Origin: Haloferax volcanii DS2
GTDB taxonomy: Archaea; Halobacteriota; Halobacteria; Halobacteriales; Haloferacaceae
DNA length: 32,000 bases
NCBI RefSeq assembly: GCF_000025685.1
Contig: NC_013967.1
Span: 1,110,001-1,142,000, forward strand
Direction: 5' to 3'
Of the stretch, positions 16,063 through 24,410 are shown one piece after another; position 1 is the stretch's first letter, and each line of letters begins with the position of its first letter. The notes under the pieces were generated by a model. It was not told the origin of the DNA. It saw nothing but the letters and a program-made list of their open reading frames with translations, and did no database searches. A program made the translations under genes and the position numbers.

Positions 16063-16857
16063 TCAGCGACGCGACCCCGGTTGGGGGTCGACGTGCACGG
16101 GTGCGAGCAAGTCGTCTATCGGCTGGTCGTCGAGCCACGACAGCAGGCGAACGAGCTGGTCGGCCGCGGCCTCGAACAGTTCCTCGCCGGCCTCGGGCGA
16201 CGCGTCGGTCTGGTCACCGAAGACGCCGTTTCCGGAGTTCTCGATGGCGTCGTAGAACGTCCGCGCGCCGTGTTCGCGGAGGTGGTCGTCGCCCAGGTCG
16301 ACGACGCCGCCGTCGCGGGCCGAGTCGAGTTCGCCCTCGCGGACGAGGTCGCGGGCGATGTGCATAATCATCGAGGTCTCCTTCGGCCCGCCGTGGGGAC
16401 CGGGGTGGTCGAACAGGTCGGTGACGAGGTCCGGAATCGACTCGTCCCACATCCACTCGATGGCGTACATGGTGCCGTCGTCGCGGAGGCGGCGACCGAC
16501 CTCCCGGAGGTGCTGGACGTTGCCGCCGTGGGCGTTGACGAACACGACCCGGTCGATGCCGTGGTACGCGAGGTTGCGCGTCAGCGACTCCACGTAGTCG
16601 CGGAACTGCGGCGGGTCGACCCACATCGTCCCGTGGAACTGGCGGTGGTGGGGGCTGACGCCGACGTTGACGGTCGGGGTACAGAGGTAGCCGGTCCGGT
16701 CGGCCGCCTCGCGGGCCAACGCCTCCGCGATGAGGTGGTCGGTGGCGAGCGGGAGGTGGGGGCCGTGCTGTTCCGTCGAGCCGAGGGGGACGACCGCGAG
16801 CGACGATTCGGCCACGTAGTCTCCGAGTTCGGGCCACGTCTGGTCCGCGATGTACAT
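16063..16857 (-). CDS. Creatininase-family amidohydrolase (archaeal ArfB-like deformylase is one possibility)
   Basis: Creatininase motifs are present (VVPLGSTEQHGPHLPLATD, VFVNAHGGN, GPHGGPKETS). ATG 16857 (MYIADQTWPEL) is preferred. The track ORF extends 13 codons further, to 16896. Confidence 0.85.
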   Translation of the reverse strand: MYIADQTWPELGDYVAESSLAVVPLGSTEQHGPHLPLATDHLIAEALAREAADRTGYLCTPTVNVGVSPHHRQFHGTMWVDPPQFRDYVESLTRNLAYHGIDRVVFVNAHGGNVQHLREVGRRLRDDGTMYAIEWMWDESIPDLVTDLFDHPGPHGGPKETSMIMHIARDLVREGELDSARDGGVVDLGDDHLREHGARTFYDAIENSGNGVFGDQTDASPEAGEELFEAAADQLVRLLSWLDDQPIDDLLAPVHVDPQPGSRR

Positions 16858-16926
16858 GGGCGTCACCAAGCGACGACGCCTAAAGAAAGGTGCCAAAGGG
16901 GAAATGGACTCCCGGAGCGCGCCGAC

Positions 16927-18534
16927 TCAGTCCTGCTCTCGGGACCGCAGTTCGATGCGGCGAATCTTCCCCGAGGAGGTCTTCGGTAGCTCCGCGACGA
17001 ACTCGATTTCGCGCGGGTACTTGTACGGGGCCGTCTGCGCTTTCATGAACGACTGGAGTTCGTCCACGAGGTCGTCGGAGCCCTCGTAGCCGTCGGTGAG
17101 GACGACGAACGCCTTGACGATGCTGCCGCGTTCCTCGTGGGGGCTGGCGACCGCGGCGGCCTCCGCGACCGCCTCGTGGGAGACGAGCGCGTCTTCGACC
17201 TCGAAGGGGCCGATGCGGTAGCCCGCCGAGATGATGATGTCGTCGGCGCGGCCCTCGAAGAAGAAGTAGCCGTCCTCGTCGCGGGAGGCGAGGTCGCCGG
17301 TGCGGTAGTAGTCGCCGGAGAACGTCTTCTCGTCGAGGTTCGGCTTCTCGTAGTAGCCGTCGAAGATGCCGGGGCAGCCGACCGGGACGGCGATTTCACC
17401 GATTTCGTCGACGCCGACTTCCTCCTCGTTTTCGTCGATGATGGTCGTGCCGAGGCCGGGCGTCGGCTTGCCCATGCTGCCGGGTTTCACGTCGATGCCG
17501 GGGTAGTTCGTCAGGAGCGCGACCGTCTCGGTCTGGCCGTAGCCGTCCCGCGGGGTGACGCCGAACGCCTCGCGGAACGCCTCGATGGGTTCGCGGTTGA
17601 GCGGTTCGCCCGCCGACAGCGCCTCTTTCAGCCGCAGGTCGTACGAGCCGAGGTCGCGCTGGGCGAACATCCGGTACTGAGTCGGGACGGCGCAGAGGCG
17701 GGTGACGCCCTCCTCTTCCATGATGTCGAGGAACGCGTCCGGTTCGAAGTCGCCGCGGTAGACGAACTGGGTCGCGCCGGTCGTCAGACCGACGCCGACG
17801 GGGCTCCAGAACCACTTGGCCCAGCCGGTGCCGGTCGTCGCCCAGAGCAGTTCGTCGGAGAGGTCATCGTCGGCCGTGACGCCCCACCAGTAGGGGGCGT
17901 TGACGAGTTCGAAACACCGCATCCAGCGGTGGCGGTGGCGGACCGGCTTGGGCTGGCCGGTCGTCCCCGACGTGTAGTTGATGGACATCGGGTCTTCGGC
18001 CCGGAGGGCGGGGCCGTCGTGTTCGGTGGACGCGTCGGCGACGAGGTCCGAAAACGAGGTCCAGCCGTCGGCGTCGCCGCCGAGGACGACGAAGTTCGAA
18101 AGCGGCGTCTCGTCGCGCACCTCGTCGACCATGCCGACGAGCGACTCGTGGACGACGGCGGTCGTCGCCTCGCAGTCGTTCGCGCGGAACGCGATGTCCT
18201 TGGGCTTGAGCATCGACGAACTGGGCACGAGTAGCGCGCCGCGCTTGAGCGCGGCGAGTTGGACGGCGAACACGTCGGGGTCGCGGGGGAGGAGGTGGAT
18301 GAGCCGGTCGCCCTTCCCGACGCCCATGGATTCGAGCGCGTTGGCGAAGCGGTTCATGTCGTCGCGGAGGTCGCCGTAAGTCCGCTCCTCGCGGCCGCCG
18401 TCGGCGTCGCGGAACCGGAGGGCGACGCGGTCGCCGAAGGCGTCGGCGTGCGACTCGATAACCGCGGGGATGTTGTAGTGCTCGGGGATGTCCCACTCGA
18501 ACGATTCCGACTCGGCCGCGTAGTCGACTGCCAT
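16927..18534 (-). CDS. AMP-forming acyl-CoA synthetase (ANL superfamily)
   Basis: AMP-binding motif INYTSGTTGQPKPV is present, with YGQTE, YRTGDLA and C-terminal PKTSSGKIRR. Start preferred at ATG 18534 (MAVDYAAE). An AT-rich TATA-like element (AATTATTATGG on the minus strand) lies about 25-35 nt upstream. Confidence 0.9.
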   Translation of the reverse strand: MAVDYAAESESFEWDIPEHYNIPAVIESHADAFGDRVALRFRDADGGREERTYGDLRDDMNRFANALESMGVGKGDRLIHLLPRDPDVFAVQLAALKRGALLVPSSSMLKPKDIAFRANDCEATTAVVHESLVGMVDEVRDETPLSNFVVLGGDADGWTSFSDLVADASTEHDGPALRAEDPMSINYTSGTTGQPKPVRHRHRWMRCFELVNAPYWWGVTADDDLSDELLWATTGTGWAKWFWSPVGVGLTTGATQFVYRGDFEPDAFLDIMEEEGVTRLCAVPTQYRMFAQRDLGSYDLRLKEALSAGEPLNREPIEAFREAFGVTPRDGYGQTETVALLTNYPGIDVKPGSMGKPTPGLGTTIIDENEEEVGVDEIGEIAVPVGCPGIFDGYYEKPNLDEKTFSGDYYRTGDLASRDEDGYFFFEGRADDIIISAGYRIGPFEVEDALVSHEAVAEAAAVASPHEERGSIVKAFVVLTDGYEGSDDLVDELQSFMKAQTAPYKYPREIEFVAELPKTSSGKIRRIELRSREQD

Positions 18535-18597
18535 GGCTCGACAGACAGAACAGACCATAATAATTGTTCGTCCGGTTCCCGCGTGGGAGGCGCGCCG

Positions 18598-19554
18598 TCA
18601 GGCCATCGGCGAGCCCTCTCGCGGGCCTTCGTCGGGCGCGCTCACGCTCTCGTCGCCGTCGTCGGCGGACTCCCCGCGGAGCGCCAGCGCGAACGCGCCG
18701 AGCCCGACGAGCAGGACGACGAATTCGAGGATTCCCCCGAGCGGGACGAAGTCGAGGACGGCCAGCACGAACAGGCCGGCGAACAGCGCGACCCAGCGGT
18801 TGTCGTAGTCCGCGAGCGACAGGAGCCACGTCCCGAGGACGAGCGCGCCGTAGACGCCCGCGACCCAGAGGACGAGCAGGAAGCCGACCCCGCCGGCCAG
18901 CGAGAGCGGGATGCCCACGATGGTCAAAAGCAGGAGCAGCAGGACGATGGGTATCGCGACGATAGCGAGGAGGCCGACGCCGCCGCTCCGAACGGCCTGC
19001 TTCGTTCCGAGGCCCGTCACGCGGCCGGCGAAGCCGGGGGCGACGAGGACGATAATCGCGCCGACGACGAAGTTGGCGAGGAACCAGTAGCCCGAGACCA
19101 CCCAGCCGGGGATGACCGGGCCTTCGAACTGGCCGAACTGGAACGGCGTCCCGGCGACGACGGGCGCGGCGACCGCGAGGTCGTCCACCTGCCGCACGCC
19201 GCCGTCGACGACGGCCGCGGCGTCGACGGTCGCGGTCGCCGCGTCGTATGCGAGCGAGCCGCCGACGCTGCCTTCGAGGGTCGCGGAACCCGCGACTGCG
19301 TCGAGGTTCCCGTTGACGACGCCCGTCTCCGTCACGAGGACGGTCCCTGCCGTCGCGGACACGTCGCCGGTTACCGTCCCGGCGACGACGACCGTGCCGC
19401 CGACCGCGTCGAGGTCGCCGTCGACGGTCTCGCCCTCGTCGACGACGACGGCCCCGCCGGCGGACGGTCCCTGTTGTGCGGCCGCGACGCCCGCGAGCGA
19501 CCCCACCACGAGGAGGCTCACGAGGAGCGCGACCAGTTGTTTCGTTGTGAACAT
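18598..19554 (-). CDS. Secreted or membrane-anchored bactofilin-like (polymer-forming cytoskeletal, beta-helix repeat) domain fused to a polytopic membrane domain
   Basis: From ATG 19554 there is a signal or anchor sequence (MFTTKQLVALLVSLLVVGSLAGVAAAQQ). Gly/Val/Thr/Asp beta-helix-type repeats follow (GETVDGDLDAVGGTVVVAGTVTGDVSATAGTVLVTETGVVNGNLDAVAGSATLEGSVGGSL). About five TM helices and an acidic tail come next. Confidence 0.6.
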   Translation of the reverse strand: MFTTKQLVALLVSLLVVGSLAGVAAAQQGPSAGGAVVVDEGETVDGDLDAVGGTVVVAGTVTGDVSATAGTVLVTETGVVNGNLDAVAGSATLEGSVGGSLAYDAATATVDAAAVVDGGVRQVDDLAVAAPVVAGTPFQFGQFEGPVIPGWVVSGYWFLANFVVGAIIVLVAPGFAGRVTGLGTKQAVRSGGVGLLAIVAIPIVLLLLLLTIVGIPLSLAGGVGFLLVLWVAGVYGALVLGTWLLSLADYDNRWVALFAGLFVLAVLDFVPLGGILEFVVLLVGLGAFALALRGESADDGDESVSAPDEGPREGSPMA

Positions 19555-19773
19555 CGGAATCACCGAGGCTACGCCTCGGGCTACTGACACGACTCCGGAG
19601 AGCATAAACCGAGAGAGACGGTTTCAAACCCCGGGAAACGCCGTTTTCTGATGACTGTCTCGGCCCGAGGACCGGCCGGGTGGTTGCGCGGGCCCGGCCC
19701 GGACGGTCGGCCGGTCCCCCGCCGCGGCTACCGCTTGGTCCATCTTTTTGCCGACTCGCGGGGATGTTCGCAC

Positions 19774-20748
19774 ATGGAGTACACGACGCTCGGAGACACC
19801 GGCATGGAGGTCTCCCGCATCTGTCTCGGCTGTATGAGCTTCGGCACGCCGGAGTGGCGCGAGTGGGTGTTAGACGAGGAGGCGGGGCTCGAACTGGTCG
19901 ACCGCGCCATCGAACTCGGTATCAACTTCTTCGACACCGCCAACATGTACTCGAACGGCGAGTCCGAGCGCGTCCTCGGGAAGGCGCTGGAGGGCCGCCG
20001 CGACGAGGCGGTCGTCGCCTCGAAGGTGTACTTCCAGATGGACGACGACGACCCGAACTCCGGCGGTCTCTCGCGGAAGGCCATCGAGCAGGAGCTCGAC
20101 AACTCGCTCGACCGCCTCGGGATGGACGCGCTCGACCTGCTCCAGATTCACCGCTACGATTACGACACCCCCATCGAGACGACGATGCGCGCGCTCGACG
20201 ACGCGGTTCGGCGCGGCAAGACGCGCTACGTCGGCGCGTCGTCGATGTGGGCCCACCAGTTCGCGGAGGCGCAGTACACCGCCGACTCGCTCGGACTGGA
20301 CCGCTTCGCCACGATGCAGAATCACTACAACCTGCTGTACCGCGAGGAGGAACGCGAGACGCTCCCGCTCTGCGAGAAGCAGGGCGTCGGCGTCATGCCG
20401 TGGTCGCCGCTCGCCCGCGGCTACCTCACCCGCCCTCACGAGGAGTTCGAGGCGACGACCCGCGGCCGGACCGACGAACACGCCAAGGGCCACCCGTACT
20501 TCGAGGGCGGCGGCCGCGAGGTGAACGAGCGCGTCGAGGAACTCGCCGACGAGAAGGGCGTCAAGATGGCGCAACTGGCCCTCTCGTGGGTGCTCCACAA
20601 GGACTGGGTTGACGCGCCCATCGTCGGCACGAGCAGTATCGAACACCTCGAAGACGCGGTGAAGGCCCTCGACATCACGCTCTCGGACTCCGACATCGAC
20701 TACCTCGAAGAGCCCTACCAGCCGGTCCGCGTCTCCGGCCACGACTAA
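19774..20748 (+). CDS. Aldo/keto reductase
   Basis: 324 aa from ATG 19774. It has the canonical AKR N-terminus MEYTTLGDTGMEVSRICLGCMSFG, then FFDTANMYSNGESE and LDLLQIHRYD. A T-rich element (ATCTTTTTG) lies about 25-33 nt upstream. Confidence 0.9.
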   Translation: MEYTTLGDTGMEVSRICLGCMSFGTPEWREWVLDEEAGLELVDRAIELGINFFDTANMYSNGESERVLGKALEGRRDEAVVASKVYFQMDDDDPNSGGLSRKAIEQELDNSLDRLGMDALDLLQIHRYDYDTPIETTMRALDDAVRRGKTRYVGASSMWAHQFAEAQYTADSLGLDRFATMQNHYNLLYREEERETLPLCEKQGVGVMPWSPLARGYLTRPHEEFEATTRGRTDEHAKGHPYFEGGGREVNERVEELADEKGVKMAQLALSWVLHKDWVDAPIVGTSSIEHLEDAVKALDITLSDSDIDYLEEPYQPVRVSGHD

Positions 20749-20791
20749 GCCCAAGGGAAACAGCCTTCAGCGCCCGCAGTGAGGGACGACC

Positions 20792-21286
20792 GTGTCCGGG
20801 ACCCTCGCACGACTCGCCCGCGACGAGCCGGAGACGGCGATTCTCGGCGTCGAGTCGCTGCTCGCGGCCGGCGTCCTCCTCGGCGTCGCGCTGACGCTCG
20901 TCTCGTCGCTCGCGCCGACGCTCCCGCTTGCCGACGTCGGCTTCGCGCTCGCGGCCGCCGCGACGCTCCTGCTGACGGCCGTCTCGCTTCTGGCCGCGTC
21001 GCGGCGAATCGCCCTCCTTCTCACCGGCCGCGGCGGCCTGCGAATCGAGACGTTCTGGCGGCTCCTCGAACTGCTGCTCGCGTTTCTCGTCGCCGGCATC
21101 GTCGCGTTCGCCGTCCAACTCGGCGAGTTCGCGGCGACCGTCCCCGACCCGCGGGGCGGCGGCGTCTTCGTCGGCCTGTTCTTGGCGTTCGTCCTCGCGG
21201 GCGTCGGCCTCGCCGTCGTCGTCTGCCTCCGCGGGATGTGGCTCGTCGTGAACGCAGAACTTCAGTCGGCGCTCGACGGGGTCTGA
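20792..21286 (+). CDS. Integral membrane protein (about 4 TM), unknown function
   Basis: 164-aa ORF with a GTG start, four long hydrophobic segments and GC-rich third positions. Its 3' end overlaps the convergent MFS gene by 25 nt. I recognise no family. Confidence 0.45.
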   Translation: MSGTLARLARDEPETAILGVESLLAAGVLLGVALTLVSSLAPTLPLADVGFALAAAATLLLTAVSLLAASRRIALLLTGRGGLRIETFWRLLELLLAFLVAGIVAFAVQLGEFAATVPDPRGGGVFVGLFLAFVLAGVGLAVVVCLRGMWLVVNAELQSALDGV

Positions 21287-22479
21287 GTCGCGTCGATGCC
21301 GTCGAGCCGCTTCACCGCCCGGAGCGCGACGAGCGCGATGGCAACCTCGGCGAAGCCGACGACGAGGAACGACGGGAGGTAGCCGACCACGTCGGCGACG
21401 ACGCCCCCGACGAGGAAGCCGGCGAGGAAGCCGAGGCTCCCGAAGACGTTGAACCCGCCGAGGGCCGCCCCGCGCTCGCCCGACTCGGCGAGGTCGGTCA
21501 CGAGCGCCATCGTCGCGGGCGCGACGAGCGCGCCGAAGACGCCGACGACGACCATGAGAGCGGCCGCGAGTTCGAAGACCGGGGCGACGCCGACGGCGAC
21601 GATTGACACGCCGTAGAGCATCGACCCCGCGACGACGGGGACGAACCGGCCGACGCGGTCGGACAGCGAGCCGAGAGGGTACTGCAAGAGCGCGAAGGGG
21701 ACGAAAAAGAGCGCGAGCACCCCGCCGGCGACGGCGGCGTTCACGCCGAACGCCTCGCGGAAGTAGTACACCCCGACGAGGGCGAAGAAGCCGGCGGTCA
21801 TGCGGTCGATGAAGCCGAAGGCGTACGGGACCGCGAACGCCGGGCGCGCGGCCAGTTTCTTGAGGACGACGCCGACGCCGACGCGGGTCGAATCGGGCGT
21901 CCTGTCGGTGACGGTCGTGACGAGCAGCGCGACGGCGGTGAGCGACGCGGCCGACGCGTACAGCGGCGCGAGGGGGTCGATGGTCGTGAGTTGGCCGCCG
22001 ACGACCGAGCCGAGCGCCGCGCCGAGGCCGATGGCGATGCCCGCCGCGCCCATGTTCCGGCCGTTGCCCCCCGAGAGGTCCGCGAGCATCGTAATCGACA
22101 GCGAGAACGCGCCGATGGTCATCGCGCCGCCGAGGAGGCGGACGATGAGGACCGCGCCGAACGTGGCGTCGAGCCACGGGAGCGTGGCGAGCGCGAGGAG
22201 CGCGACGTAGCTGGCCGCGCCGCCGAGCGCGCCCGCGACGATGAGCCACGTCCGCCGGCCGAGCGCGTCCGAGAGCGCGCCCCAGACGCTCGAAAAGGCG
22301 ACGAACGAGGCGAACTCGGCGACGAGAAACAGCATCCCGGCCGAGAGGTCGTACTCCCCTTGCCCGCCGCCGAGGGCGGTCACGAGGTCTGAGACGCCGG
22401 GATAGAGGAGCACCTGCGAGACGAGGACGCCCCAGACGGCGAGCGCGAGTGTCGCGCGTTCGCGGCGCGTCGAGTCCAT
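21262..22479 (-). CDS. MFS transporter
   Basis: 405 aa with 12 predicted TM segments. The MFS loop motif GALSDALGRRTWLI lies between TM2 and TM3. The two six-helix halves are repeated. Confidence 0.85.
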   Translation of the reverse strand: MDSTRRERATLALAVWGVLVSQVLLYPGVSDLVTALGGGQGEYDLSAGMLFLVAEFASFVAFSSVWGALSDALGRRTWLIVAGALGGAASYVALLALATLPWLDATFGAVLIVRLLGGAMTIGAFSLSITMLADLSGGNGRNMGAAGIAIGLGAALGSVVGGQLTTIDPLAPLYASAASLTAVALLVTTVTDRTPDSTRVGVGVVLKKLAARPAFAVPYAFGFIDRMTAGFFALVGVYYFREAFGVNAAVAGGVLALFFVPFALLQYPLGSLSDRVGRFVPVVAGSMLYGVSIVAVGVAPVFELAAALMVVVGVFGALVAPATMALVTDLAESGERGAALGGFNVFGSLGFLAGFLVGGVVADVVGYLPSFLVVGFAEVAIALVALRAVKRLDGIDATQTPSSAD

Positions 22480-22535
22480 ACGGGGTCGGTCGGCCCGGAC
22501 GGAAATAGCCCTGTCCTTGTTCGATTCGATTGCCG

Positions 22536-23597
22536 TTACCCGAGGCGGACGGGGTCGAATTCGAGGAAGGCCGTCTCGTACCCCTCGTGGCGGGCGACCT
22601 GCGGCGGCACGTCCACCGCGAGGTCCGCGGTCGCGTCGTCGCCGGCGAGCCCCGGAACCGACGCGCCGTAGTGGAACCCGAGGTCGGCGTCGAGGCCGGG
22701 TTCGAGGCGGCCGTCGAAGCGGGTCGACCCGCCGGATTCGACGGTCGCGGTGAGTCCCAGCCGCGGGACGAGAAGGCGGTTGTAGGGCGTCAGCGGGAAG
22801 ACGGCGAGGTACGGGTCGTCGCCGAAGCGGTCGGCGTCGAGGGCGGTACCGACGAGTCGGAGGCTCCCAGTCGTCGCGCCCCCTAGCGCCGTCCCCGGAA
22901 GCGTCTCGGGGCCGCGGCCGAGCGGAAGCCCGTCCATCTCCATCGGCCTGACCGCGCCGGGGTCGCCCTGCTGGTCGTCGAGCATCGTGTACGGGATGTC
23001 GTCGCGGTCGCCGGCGCTGTACTCGAAGTCGAGCGTCGCGCTCGCGGGGGAGTCGAACCGGCCGACGAGGTCACCGAAGAGGCGCAGCGAGGGCGCGCCC
23101 ACGTCCACCGTCACCTCGTAGGTGCCGTCGCCGTCGAGACCGAAGTTCGAGCCGTAGTGAAAGCCCATCCGCTGGGAGAGCATCGCGTAGACGACCTCCT
23201 CGATCACGAGGTCGCCGTCGCGGGCGATTTCGAGAGAGAGGCCCGTGTCGGGGACGACGACGCCCGTCTCGGGGTCCCAGACGGTCGCCATGAGATGCAC
23301 GTCGTCGCCGGGCTCGACCGACATCTTCGACGTGCCGAAGCCGTCGCCCTCGTCGGCCATCACCCAAAAGCGGTGGGGGTAGCTGTAAAAGACGCCCACG
23401 CGGAGGTCGCCGGCGTCCGCGCTCCCGACCATGCGCATCCCCTCGGTGTGGGTCGGGACGTACACCTCGTCCGGGCGGTTCGAGACGACCGGCGGCTCGT
23501 TCGACGTGTAGAGCCGACCGAGTTCGGCGAGACAGCCGGAGAGACCTGCGGCCGCGACGGCTCCGCTCGCCGCGAGGAACCGACGCCGACTCGTCAT
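22536..23597 (-). CDS. Tat lipoprotein with two tandem P19/FetP/Tp34-like (Fe2+ transport protein family) domains
   Basis: Signal MTSRRRFLAASGAVAAAGLSGC. Domain 1 contains HLMATVWDPE...AMLSQRMGFHYGSNFGL, which resembles the H-x-E ... M-x(n)-G-x-H-Y-G-x-N metal-site signature of P19-type periplasmic proteins as I recall it. Domain 2 repeats only LGFHYGASV. The start overlaps the SCO1 stop (ATGA at 23594-23597). Confidence 0.55.
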   Translation of the reverse strand: MTSRRRFLAASGAVAAAGLSGCLAELGRLYTSNEPPVVSNRPDEVYVPTHTEGMRMVGSADAGDLRVGVFYSYPHRFWVMADEGDGFGTSKMSVEPGDDVHLMATVWDPETGVVVPDTGLSLEIARDGDLVIEEVVYAMLSQRMGFHYGSNFGLDGDGTYEVTVDVGAPSLRLFGDLVGRFDSPASATLDFEYSAGDRDDIPYTMLDDQQGDPGAVRPMEMDGLPLGRGPETLPGTALGGATTGSLRLVGTALDADRFGDDPYLAVFPLTPYNRLLVPRLGLTATVESGGSTRFDGRLEPGLDADLGFHYGASVPGLAGDDATADLAVDVPPQVARHEGYETAFLEFDPVRLG

Positions 23598-24265
23598 GCC
23601 TCCCGGAGCGCGGTGAGGTCGTCGATGAGCGACTGTTCGTCCGGCTGGTTACCGCGGTAGGTCCGCTCGACGTAGCCGTCGCCGTTGACCAGCGAGATGA
23701 GGCCGAGGTGGGTGAACATGTAGTTGCCCTCGTCGTCCGGCTCGTTCTTCTCGAAGAAGACGCCGAACTGGTCTTCGACGACCGACTTCGCCTCGGACTC
23801 GTCGGCGGGCCGGAGGAAGTGCCAGTTGCCCGCGTCCATGTCCACGTTCATCTGGTCGGCCTCCGCGCGGAACGCGTCGGCGTCGTCGCGGGCGGGGTCG
23901 AACGTGATGGGGTAGAACGACACCTCGTCGGCGTAGCCCTCGCTGACCGAGTGAATCTGGACCTCGCGGAGCGCGCTGATGAGCACCGGACAGACGGTCA
24001 TGCAGTTGGTGAAAAAGTACGTGTGGAAGTGTGGCACGTCGATGTCGCGCACCGACACCTCGATCCCCGCGATGGGGTCAGAAAGCGTCACGTCGGGGAC
24101 CTGCTGGCCCCACGCCGGATACGGGAGGTCCTCGCTGGACACGTCGTTCTCGCGGTCGGGCCGCGACAGCGACACGTTCGGGTTGGCGTCGCCCCCACCG
24201 AGACAGCCCGCGAGGCCGACGGCCGCGCCCGCCCCGGCGGCGCGGAGATACGTTCGTCGTTTCAT
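23594..24265 (-). CDS. SCO1/SenC-family copper chaperone (thioredoxin fold), Tat lipoprotein
   Basis: 223 aa from ATG 24265. Signal MKRRTYLRAAGAGAAVGLAGC. The SCO CxxxC motif (FFTNCMTVCPVL) and the distal His (YMFTHLGLISLV) are present. The longer track ORF (to 24601) has an Arg/Ser/Ala-rich, non-coding-looking N-terminus. Confidence 0.85.
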   Translation of the reverse strand: MKRRTYLRAAGAGAAVGLAGCLGGGDANPNVSLSRPDRENDVSSEDLPYPAWGQQVPDVTLSDPIAGIEVSVRDIDVPHFHTYFFTNCMTVCPVLISALREVQIHSVSEGYADEVSFYPITFDPARDDADAFRAEADQMNVDMDAGNWHFLRPADESEAKSVVEDQFGVFFEKNEPDDEGNYMFTHLGLISLVNGDGYVERTYRGNQPDEQSLIDDLTALREA

Positions 24266-24410
24266 TACCCTCGCTAGCGCCCCGGCACTCAAATGCCGTT
24301 TGGTGTGCGTTTCGAACGGTAGCGCGCGTGTTCTCGTCCCGCACGCCGGAGGCGAAATCTTCGACGCACACACCAGAACGGACTTCCCCGCGAGGTCCCT
24401 AGCCGGGCGT

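Noticed and set aside
14184-16367. 727-aa plus-strand ORF spanning the csp, photolyase and creatininase regions
   Set aside because: It crosses three well-supported genes in other frames or strands and has no recognisable domains, so it is a shadow ORF.
17864-19627. 587-aa Arg-rich minus-strand ORF
   Set aside because: It is an alternative frame of the acyl-CoA synthetase and bactofilin-like genes, with more than 30% Arg/Pro/Gly by eye. It is not a plausible haloarchaeal (acidic) protein.
19651-19773. In-frame 41-codon N-terminal extension of the aldo/keto reductase ORF
   Set aside because: AKR proteins begin directly with the MEY..LG..G..VS motif found at ATG 19774. A T-rich promoter-like element sits inside the putative extension.
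20675-22249. 524-aa minus-strand ORF in an alternative frame of the MFS gene
   Set aside because: It is extremely Arg-rich. The 21262..22479 frame gives a canonical 12-TM MFS protein.
23979-24410. Upstream 144-codon extension of the DyP-like ORF
   Set aside because: It is antisense to the SCO1 coding region and its translation carries no motifs. The Tat signal begins at ATG 24411.
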